A stretch of DNA of 64,000 bases from Takakia lepidozioides (lineage: Eukaryota > Plantae > Bryophyta). Numbering within the stretch: the first letter of the stretch is position 1; the number at the start of each line of letters is the position of its first letter. The position numbers and the translations under genes are program-made. The stretch covers positions 32,860,001 through 32,924,000 of the forward strand of contig CM060732.1 of assembly GCA_030704615.1 (NCBI GenBank), in the 5' to 3' direction. Under the pieces are notes generated by a model, which ran no database searches, had not been told where the DNA came from, and saw only the letters and a list, made by a program, of their open reading frames with translations. Below, in pieces: positions 49,774 through 59,827 of the stretch.

Positions 49774-52700
49774 ATGGACTCCCGTGTTTGGGTCAACGTG
49801 TACTTCCATCCTGATTCTCTGAAAGCTAAAATACCCTGCGACCAAGGATTTGCGATTGTCACTGAGCAGTACTTGTGTGTGAAGTTCGGGCTCCGCCCTG
49901 GAACGGTGTTTTTGGAAGAGGAGACGAAGGATGCTTATGGAAATTTTCTGGAAAGTGCCGTCATTCTGCATGCAGATTTCGGAAAAGGCAAAGAGTGGCG
50001 GCTCCCAGCTTCTGAATCCATCCGGTACAGTGCCATTGGTGAAATCGTGCCTAAAGAGTTCCCACGCTGGAACTTGGTTGATCCTCCTTCCACAAGAGGG
50101 TCTGGCGTGCAAGATGTGAAGGATGTGGGCACCTCTTCACAAGCAGAGAAGCCCAAACATGTGAAAAGGGAAATCCAGGAAAACAGGAAACAGTCGTCCA
50201 GGACTTATCCAGTGACGATGAAGACTGTATGGTCCTTCCATCGTATGTTTCGAAGTCGTCCGTCACTAGGAGTGTTCAGCATACACCGTCCGACTCAACT
50301 TCCGTCCGCTCAGTAATCGACATATTGCGGAGGATGAAGACAACGGGTTCCCGCTCCAGTGACCTTCTTAGGCTTGATTACGACAAAACTCCAATCCATT
50401 CTGTGGAAACTTTGCCTGATGTTGTGGATGGGAATGCTATCTACGAGTTCCCTCCAGTGCCGGCAGGCGCAGGCCCAGACGGCATGCTCGCAGGAATGAA
50501 CAGGAAACATGACGGCCACCCTTGGTGTGTCACCAAAACTTCATCGTCCAACCTGGGTGATGGAGTTCGAGTGAGATATGTATTGTGTGCTGGGCATCTT
50601 AAATGTTTCTCGAGCACATGTTACCATTACACTAGCAAAGGCACCAGGAATGAGACTGACTGGATTGGCAATTCGTCGACCCCATTTTGGCCTCAAGGTA
50701 GAGTTCCTGCAGGGACGTTCAAGTGTGCCCATTGCAACGCAGCCCCTACGTGCATGGCAGTGTGCAACGCCAAGCAGTACTACGTCGGGACCGTCGGCCC
50801 AGCGTGCACCAGAGCATGCATTCACATCGGAAAGCATGAGCACCCCCTCGCCAGAGGCAATTGCAGAGTCGCTTTTCAACAAGCCCAGGATATTATCAAG
50901 GAGGAGGTGAGGTTGAGGCCGGGTGCAAAACCAAAGCAGATACAGCTCGCATCGGCACATAGGATTGCAATTGGCAGAATAATGTCGGAGGACGGAAGCA
51001 CAAGAGAGAAGCTGGGCGAGGGGGACATGAAGGACCTGCTGGAAGCTGTCTCCCATGTGTGCAGCCCCAATGTCAGGAACCACATTGTCAGCTGCAAGAA
51101 ACGAATCGGAAGAGGATCAGACATGCACTCCATCTTGGAAGTGAAACGCACATGCGGCTACGACTTCATCCAAGGCAGCTTCTTTCCTGGTCAAGGCTCG
51201 GAGATGGACAGGTGCTTCATATTTAAGATGTCAACGTGCGGACCGGGGAGCGGCGTCGATTTGGTGAAGCGGATGACCAGTGGAGACCTCTCAAATTGTT
51301 GGGTCATGTTTGACCACATCCGGCGAATTACCAACCACGATTGGGTGACAATGGGGGCACATGTATACGACCCACATTGCAGAAAGTTGATGACCATTGC
51401 TATCTGCGAAATGAAGGGAGAAGACACAGATTCGGAGTTGCATATGTGGCGCGGAATTAATGAGCAAATGGCGAGAGCCAAGTTGCCCCCTCCCGATTTT
51501 AGGGGCTTCATGGCTGACAATGCCCAGGCAAACTGGGCTGCAGTTAAGAGGGTATATGGGGACGACCCAAAGACTCCAATGGAAGGAAAGGAGAGATCTT
51601 GCGGGTTCCACTTCATGCAGAGTTTGACGCAAAACACGAAAAGGTTCGTGGCGTCACGCCACCGGCAGGATCATATCAGTATGTGCCTAGCGTGGAAAAA
51701 TGCGAATTCCATCGACGAGGCGGAGACCGAGTTTGCAACCATACGCGCCTGGTGGGTGTCTTCAGGGGCAGTGGATGTGAAAGATCAGCCAGAACTGCAA
51801 ACGTGGCTTGCGTGGTGGCATTACAGATTCCGCCAGTTTGGAGACTACATGAGACAGGTAACACATTTCTGTACTTGACAATTGTTCTGTTTTGTGCTTG
51901 GACATTCTCCACAATCAGTGACATATCTAATTTCCTTCAACAGGACATGAGCTTGGAGGATGACACGGATATGCCGACGACGAACATGGCCGAATCGGTG
52001 CACTCTTCCTGGCGTGCTTCCTCTGCAGCACATCTCGTTGACATGTTGACAGCAACAACAGAAGATATTGTGAGGGCCATCATGCAACAATCTCATTACT
52101 ACCAGTTTCTGGGAGGAAAGCAATGGGGTATCGGACCAGACAGGCAGGAGATGCTGATGAGGGCGGCGCATCGTTCGACCGATCCCAAAAAATGGACTGC
52201 TGCATTGCGGGAAACTATAAGGTCAACGCCGTTACACAGTCGGGGGAACTGCCTGGAGGGCGATGTCCGCAGCCGGCCGGTGAAGAGAAGAATTGAGGAC
52301 ATGCCCGGAGGGGATGGGGATTCATGGAGATCAGATATGAACATCCGCACTCAACCTCGGGGCGCAACGATGTTGCGTCCCACGCCTCCACGAAGCAGGA
52401 CTCGTACCCCCTCTCCTGCAGCATCCATGGAATCGCTGCCAGACTCGGGACAACATGCCGAGGATGGGCATGTTGCTCCTGTTTTCGTTACCCAATACAA
52501 CATTCCAATCGTGGAGCGAGATGTGTCGGCCTCGCAGTGGAGAATTGCACGGACCCGTCCGACATTTCGTGGCAAATGTTGTGCTGTTCGTGTCGACACC
52601 AACCAGAGATGCAATGAGATGATTCGGAGGAGCCCGCAGGGCGGTGTGCCTGCCCCTTGCTTCACAGGGAGATTTGTGTGCGCAAAGTTTGTGGAGGCCA

Positions 52701-53371
52701 CACTGAAGGAGTTTTGGTTCTGCAGGCACGACATCATGTCGTGTGTGTTCGGCAAGCCCAAGTATGGTGTACAAGGCATGCCTGAACCACCGGCAGTCTG
52801 GCCTGTGGCAACTGGTACAGATCTTACCCTGGAGGAGGCAGACGCTCTAGGAAGTGCAGGGTTTCGACTGGTGGAGAGGACAGACGTTCCACGAAATCCA
52901 ATTCCCAATCGTCATCCTCCTCCCACGAGAAGCTCTTCGCCCCGCATACCGGTGGGTGACCCCGCAGCTTGGCCCACCCATCGGTGGGGTAAACTGAAAA
53001 GACGGCGGCCACCAACAAAGGCGAACGACACCAGGATGGCCAACGCTCTTGCAATGCCCTGCATAGTGCAAGGTTGCAGGGATGTTCCTCACCCCGGGAT
53101 GGGGCGCATATTTCAGTTGTCAACAGCCGGGTCTGCTGCGCGCAGTGTCGTGTATGCAATCACGGTTTCACAGTACCCAGCTTGCAACTGTGAGGACTTC
53201 CTTGTTATGGAATCGAGGAATGCAGCATACGTCCCCTGCAAACACCTTTATTACATTTTTATGAAGCGCATGAGTTGCATATCCGCAGTGGACGTCTTCA
53301 TCCATGCTCCAACACTGAGTTTCAACGAGCTGCACAAGGCCCTACGGCAGGATACTGGTCGGACTGCTTGA
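49774..53371 (+). CDS. MULE-type DDE transposase with N-terminal WRKY/GCM1-like zinc domain and C-terminal SWIM finger
   Basis: KHDGHPW...CAGHLKC...CIHIGKHEHP; WVMFDH (D1), FMADNAQA (D2), CGFH (CxxH), TTNMAESVHS (E); SWIM CNCEDF...CKHLYY. Intron 51858-51943 (GT-AG). One frameshift near 50170 joins the upstream MDSRVWVNV reading frame. Confidence 0.85.
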
Positions 53372-53477
53372 CATTCCACATTCGGGAAGGAGAAAGTGGC
53401 AATTATATTACATTCATCTTCTTGCACCCTATTTTTTTGTGAGGAATTATACACTTGGTGGTGCCGCATCGCCATGG

Positions 53478-54427
53478 CTACATGTGAATTTCGTCCACCT
53501 TTATGAGAAGACTCCAATTTGCTACAAATACATTGTTACTGTTCTGCAAATGTGATGCCTTTACAAGATTGCTAGTTCTGTGTCCCAGTGGGAAGGGTCC
53601 TACTGCACATTCCAGCATTTGCATACTGCACCTTGTGCAAACAGCAATCCATACGACAAAGGACACGTCCCAGCATACTGGCAGTGAATTGCAAATAACA
53701 TTAACAGAAGATTATCGAAGCCTGTATATTCCCCATATGGCACAGGAAAGCTGCTTGATTTCTGAATGAAAATGTATGTGCCATGAGTGTCAGCAAGTTG
53801 AAACATGTCTACTCTAGCATGCAAGACCTATGGTCCCCTCGCCCAAGAAGAAGGAACTCGAACTGGCCTCTCAAGGACCTCCTCAGTGACCGGGTGCCTA
53901 TATTTGAACAAAATGTCAGTGGTTTCTGTCGCCCGGTTGAAACTAACGAGGATGTCGTGTTTATCGATAGCGCCCCCTTGGTAGAAGGACATTTTCACAG
54001 TGGGCCCTGTGTTCCCCTCCTCCTCATCCTCATAACTGAAGAGAATGTCCCCACTTTCCGAGCCAGTCCGTCCACGCGTAAAGTTTTCACCTATGCACTC
54101 ATCATACGTCCACTCGCAACAATTCCAGCGATACAGCAACGCTGTGCGTGATCTGTTCGGCTCCCACACATGCGGAAAGTCCAGGTCCATGATGCGTAGG
54201 AACCACCTGCTCCCCAGCCGGGGTCCAGGAGAATCGTGCAATCCTGGAAGAAACTCCATTGCTCTCAGCTGGACAAGTCGAGGATCGTCCCTGTAAACAT
54301 CCAGGAAGACAATGATGTCGTCTGCTTTCGGGAAAATGACTCCCGTCTGGCGTCGATAGATGTGATTCGGGCACGACGTGGCCTCACGACACAACACGAA
54401 CTCAAAGCAGGGAGGAGATGGGCACAA
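53478..54427 (-). CDS. Hypothetical protein, convergent with the transposase, possibly spliced
   Basis: 199-aa ORF 53828..54427 with globular composition, plus a possible downstream exon 53478..53666; no family recognised. Confidence 0.35.
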
Positions 54428-54499
54428 CAGAGAAGAGTGAAGAGCAAAATGAGAGCAAGGCCTCCCTCACCGTAAGGCGGGTATTTGCTCTCCGACGCC

Positions 54500-54970
54500 C
54501 AATTTCGGCGCCGTTATTACATGGAGTGCGGAAGCTTCAGCCGAGAATTTTGTTTCCGCAGGTCAATTTCGGCGCCGTTATTGGTTGCAATCCCCAGCCT
54601 TCAGCCGGGTATTTGGTTTCCGGACCCAATTTCGGCGCCGTTATCGGCTGCACTTCGGTGGCTTCAGCCGAGTATTTGGTTTCCGGGGCCCATTTCGGCG
54701 CCGTTATCGCCTGCACTCCGGAGGATGCAGCCGGGTATTTGGTTGGCAGAGCCCAATTACTTTCACCGTTGTTGGCTTCACTCCCGAGCCTTCAGCACGC
54801 TATTTCTTTTCCTGTGCCCAATTACGGCGTCGTTATACCCAACCATCCTGCACTTCTGCAATAGTACTATCCACGGTTATAGGTCGCCATTGCGTTTTCG
54901 GAGTCTGCAAACCCGGATCCTAATTCCGCTTGCGTCTCTGCCTCTGGGATAATTTCGGTGCCGTTATTCT
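54500..54970. repeat. Right subterminal array of AATTTCGGCGCCGTTA motifs (~63-bp units)
   Basis: Motifs at 54501, 54566, 54628, 54691, ~54820 and 54951. Confidence 0.85.
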
Positions 54971-55210
54971 ATGACCTGGCCTGGCGGTCCATGAGCCTAG
55001 GCTCCAAGTCATGAGCGTACACTGGTACTCATGAGCGGAGTGCTTCCAGCATGAGCGCGGAAATCTTCGATTTTTGATTATTTTATAGTTTTTGGCCCGA
55101 AAAAAATCTGCCGAAATTCGAAGTGTGTTACTTTGCGGCTCATGGGTTAGCCATGCCCGCTCATGAGCTCATGAGCTCACCACTCATGAGCTCATGGAAT
55201 AGCAACCCCC

Positions 55211-56765
55211 TGTCAACAGTAATAGAGGGCATAAATGGAATGTACGAGTACAGACCTATCCTTGCCAATCGTGATTTTATAGTGAAGCAATGTGGGAAGA
55301 TAATGAAAGGAGAAAGAGCAAAACTGAAAGATAAATGGGCAAAGACTGGTGTGAGGCCAATGAACACTGAACCCGCCTATTGGGATAAGCTTGTTGCCTA
55401 CTGGGAGTCCCTCGTGGACTTGCAAAGGCTGAAGGGATGAAGCAAGCGCGTGCTTGTGTCACGAACCCCTCGCGTTGGGGCCGGGCAGGAGTTGCAGGCC
55501 AAGCAGCCCGTTTGGTAATCTCCTCACCCCCTTCTCATTGCTCCTACGTTGTGGCATGTTCTGATGGAAGAGACACCCACGAGTGAGTTTTATTGCTTGT
55601 GCAGAATTAGTTGTTATGTGATATGCAGGGCAGTGCTTTGTCCATATGCTCCTGGCATTTTGTACTGACAGTGTGTGGATGGGCAAATACAGAAAAGACG
55701 CAAAGCGCGGAGCAAAAGAACTATGCGACTGGCACCCCATCAGAGTCTGTTTTGAGCCAGGTATGTTTTGAAGTCCGGTTTCCATTCATGAATCTGTTGT
55801 TGTACTAAGATTTGGTGGGTATGTGGGGCCCCCACGCATGCTACACGAGGGGTGTTATGCCAAACCCAGCCATCTTCGAATGCCTGAAATCCTGCACATT
55901 CGGCCTCTTCTTCTGGTTTTTAACAGTACGGGTGGGTGTTTGTATGCGTAGGTATGGTTGTTCCCAGCCCCTCTCCGCAAACTTACTTGGTTGGTTTCCT
56001 TTATGGATACACTTCCTGAAGCGTTGCAATGTGTATTCATTGCAGGTGAGCAAGAGGAGTGGGCTGTCCCCGGCACCATCATCGCAGCAGGACGTGGTTC
56101 CCTAGGCATGCATTCATGGCTCCTTGCTTTGTCTGGCTGGTTTTTAGTAGGGTTATTTTTGCCAGGAGGTTGTAGTGTGCACGGTCTGAGCAGGGTGTAA
56201 GTTAGCTTGCTCTGTGGATGTGTGTTTATACCATTGCAACCACCAGAGTTCATGTTATTCTTATCCGTCTGACTAAACCTCTTTTTGCTGTTGCAGTTGA
56301 AGACACGTGGGCAGCTTTCCTCAGTTGCCACCCTCAGCGACGAGCTTCGCTTCAAGGTAGGTTGGTACACCATGAATTTGCTGCTGATTCAGTATTGTGG
56401 CAACCAAGATCGTTTCCATGCCCAGCTGCGCTTGACTTTCACCCTGTCATTGCTATGTTTGTTGCTGAGTGGACCCTGATGTTGGTGTCTGCAGATATCA
56501 GATCCTGTGTTTCTCCTGAACCCCCATGACAAGCGGTCAAAGACAGCCGCCGCCAAGGCGGAAGTGGTGGGAATAGCCGGGGTTGACAAGTTCCACTGCA
56601 AGGACATTCCATCCGGGTGGTACAAGGTGAAAGTCCACGAGATCATGCTTCCAAGTGTTACACTGCCTTGCCCAAATGTGGACGATGCCCCCCCCCCAGA
56701 CCACACTAGCGCACGTGAAAGGCACGGTGACTCTGTGGCCAGAGAAGAGTATGAGGAGGGGTGAA
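55211..56765 (+). pseudogene. 3' part of the CACTA TnpA/Ptta-like gene, spliced and degenerate
   Basis: ERAKLKDKW...AYWDKLVAYWES resembles the plant Ptta/En/Spm domain; KFHCKDIPSGWYKVKVHEIMLPSVTLPCPNVDD...TLWP resembles the Tnp1/En/Spm C-terminal domain. Confidence 0.6.
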
Positions 56766-57329
56766 GGTATCAAATGACATTTCATGTTTGTAGTCCCTGT
56801 TGGGTGTGTAATGATACTCATAGAAGTGTGTATGATACTCACGTTACCAGTTTGTACATTTGGGCCATGACAGTTTAAGTGATGTCCGGCAACCATGTAT
56901 GTTGGCATTTAGTCTTGCTCATATGCAGGTGTGCCATGACGGTCTCCAATTTGAATGCAATATTTCATTTCCTGACTTGTCGTCGTGTCCGTCCACCTTC
57001 TATGTGTATGTGGGATGGTCTTTGGTCTCCCTGTTGCCTCGTCTATTTGGTTCATTAGCGTGATGTTGTGCATGCATCGTGGTCTGTGTTCTGAGTGTCG
57101 CCCAGTATCATTGCTTCTCAATTCCCCTGCATATGGGTGAACCACTAAAACCAGTAGAATGCATCAGAACCATATTTTCAGCTTAGAATGCAAGTCAGTT
57201 GGACAACTCACACAAACCACTACAAGTGCTCATTTGCAGTGCTTTCCTACTGCAGTGCAACCAACTAGCATAGTGGCAGCGGAGTTGGCCAAAGCAGTCC
57301 CGAGATGGCACAAGCACTCTGCGTCTTTC

Positions 57330-57878
57330 CACTAGCAGTCGTACCCCTCACTGCCATTGCGTGGGGACGACGCCACGCGTCGACCCACACACTCTCCACG
57401 TGGTCCCCGTGGATTCGTCTGCCGGCAGTTGTGCAGTCGACTTCGCCAGTGGCTGTTGCCACGTGACATGCAGCACTCCAAGTTATGTGGCCAACTGCGA
57501 TGTGGCGTCTTGAGCCCGTGGCCATGCGGCGACATTACCGCTCGTCGCGGCGCCGCCACATCGACATCCACGTCCGCATCCACGTCCGCGTCCATGTGTC
57601 ACCGCGCCCCAGGTGAGTCAGTCCACTCATCCGGAGGGAAAAGTCAAAGTCAGCTCAAAACATCAGACACACGGGCGGCTCGCCTGGTTACGCCACGTGG
57701 TTCTTCAGCATTAATCGCATTAATCGCTGAGCAGTTGTTCGCGCGTCTACGTCCTTTACCACTCCAATCATTGGATGTCCAACCCAACTACCACGTCTGT
57801 TGTAATTGGTCTGTTGTAACTTCCAGTCGATCCCTGTTTTTTGACTTTTACGACTCAAAATGAGTCGTTACCCCAGTG
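57330..57878. mobile_element. Possible CACTA-type right end with CCACGT subterminal repeats
   Basis: Many CCACGT/GCCACG motifs, hairpin ACGACTCA-AAA-TGAGTCGT, terminal CAGTG; no matching left end found. Confidence 0.4.
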
Positions 57879-57899
57879 GTAAATGACACGAATGCTTCT

Positions 57900-58050
57900 A
57901 GTGCCACTAGGGAGGCTCCTTCAAGAACTAGGGGTTGGAGAGAAAGAGCCTTCGCTAATTCTAAGTGACAACCAGAGCTGTATTAGACTCGTAGAAAACC
58001 CCATTTTGCATAGCAGGACAAAACACATAGAGATCCAATATCACTTCACT
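57900..58050 (+). pseudogene. Ty1/Copia RNase H fragment
   Basis: LLQELG...ILSDNQSCIRLVENPILHSRTKHIEIQYHF. Confidence 0.88.
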
Positions 58051-58237
58051 CACCTCATTGAGAACCCCCTTGTCCTCCCAAAAATCCTCATCACTCAAGC
58101 GCGAGAGCTCATTAGGAGCACGAACAACAAGGGCCTTAGAATTCGATACTCCAACAAAATCGGCCAATGCTGCAGATATCTTCGAAGTGCAAACTTCCTT
58201 CGATGCAGAAACCGACGATGGCACATTCGCCAAGTGA

Positions 58238-58926
58238 TCACCAGAATGAGCCATCGGTTATAGCAAATCCCTGAAGCTTCTTGTAACGATCTTTTTCATA
58301 TTTTAGTGCTGCCTCCCACGACACATCTCCACTAGTACCTGGCACTGCAGAAGCAACATTTTGGAGCGCACGCATGATTATTCCGTCGTGATCTATCTCA
58401 TAACGCATGTAACCCTCCCTAGAGGTGTGGCCTGTCATTCTCATCCCCAGTTCTGGAGGAACTCCCATTGCATTAAATCGACATATAGTAGTCACCCGTG
58501 CACTCTTGTTGGTATAGTTACCATCATGCGCCCCAGGAAGAGCAGCTACCATCATTTTCAGCCATTTTGCGATCATCTTTACACCCACTCTTTTCTTTGC
58601 GTACCAGACGCCAGGCTCTGTGAGGTTGAGATTATCATTAATTGCTCGCAGAAAGGATGAGGAGGATCAAGATCCTTTTCATTCCACTTCGGCCAATGAG
58701 ACATATATGTCTCGAAGGTCTCAACGAGATCTGGATGATTACAAGTTACTGATCGCCTCATTTTTTCTGGCTGGCAGTGCAGCAAATCAACTTTGTGATT
58801 CTTCGTATCCCTCTCGTCGAACCTGACATGCTTCCCATTGATATTGTCCTGGAAAATGGAAAAATCACAATCCATTATGTTGTACAATTCAGTTTGTGCA
58901 CGTACACAAAAATTGTGTATCACGTA
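58238..58926 (-). pseudogene. Crypton-like tyrosine recombinase catalytic domain (DUF3504-like), N-terminally truncated and frameshifted
   Basis: NFCVRAQTEL (R), RDTKNH (K), YTNKSARVT (HxxR position reads KxxR), RMTGHTS (H), YMRYE (Y). Confidence 0.8.
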
Positions 58927-59445
58927 TGTTTGTGGCCCCCCTCTGTGCCTGTTTTTTGATTTCAAAATGGGCCATGTTTGATATGGAATTGTGCCACAGT
59001 AGGCCAGTGTGTCAAGTTCAAAACACATGTAGTTGGAAGCATCAAACAGTGTGCGTTGCCGCACACTGTTTCGTGCCCCCCACTGTGCCTTTTTTTGAAT
59101 TCAAAATGGGCCACACAGGGCCAGTATGCCATGTTCAGAATACACCAAATTGGAAGCCCCAAACAGTGTGCTTCAAAGCACACTATTTGTGGCCCCCCTC
59201 TGTGCATGTTTTATTATTTCAAAATGGGCCATGTTTGATGTCTAATTGTGCCACACAGGGCCAGTGTGCCAAGGTCAAAACACCCGTAGTTGGAACCACC
59301 AAACAGTGTGCGGCAACGCACACTGTTTGTGCCCCCCTTTCCGGTTGTTTTTTGACTTCAAAATGGGCCACAAAGGGCCAGTATGCCATGCTCAAAATAC
59401 CCCTAATTGGAAACCCCAAACAGTGTGCTTCAAAGCACATTGTTT
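58927..59445. repeat. 256-bp satellite, ~2 units
   Basis: Same unit as 62064-63809. Confidence 0.92.
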
Positions 59446-59827
59446 GCAGCGTAGCTACGGTGTGAGCCAGCCCCGTGAGCCTGGGAGCTGAGCTCACGCT
59501 TCAGGGAAGCGTGAGCGGCACAAATGTGCTGGAGAAGCAGGCCCTAAAGGCGAGGATTGCCGGAAGAGTACCTATTACCGTGGACAAACGTGGACAAAAC
59601 AAAGGGGCCACCATGCACCATGTCTGCAATGTCTGCACAAAAAGAGGAATATGAACATATAGCAGATTTGAGCTCAGAATGATTGTCACACTTTATTTCA
59701 ATTCAGATAGACAACTGCTTGTGCCCCCCTGGTTCCGTGAACAAAATGTATGTGGTTGTCCTACATGCAAAGACTCTACACGATAAGCTAGAAACCAGCA
59801 CGGGAAGTGGACATGGCTCGTTTCTGT

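Larger units (their letters stand above)
41556..55210 (+). mobile_element. Complete 13,655-bp Mutator-like (MULE) DNA transposon with cargo genes
   Basis: 8-bp TSD TGTCAACA (41548-41555, 55211-55218). Imperfect TIRs GGAGGTTTACTATTTCATGAGCGCATGAG versus GGGGGTTGCTATTCCATGAGCTCATGAG, extending to a shared GAGCTCATGAGCGGGCAT. Removing the element restores the flanking ORF. Confidence 0.92.

Noticed and set aside
57850-57880. Helitron 3' end
   Set aside because: A hairpin is present but it is followed by CAGTG rather than CTRR, and no Rep/helicase is seen.
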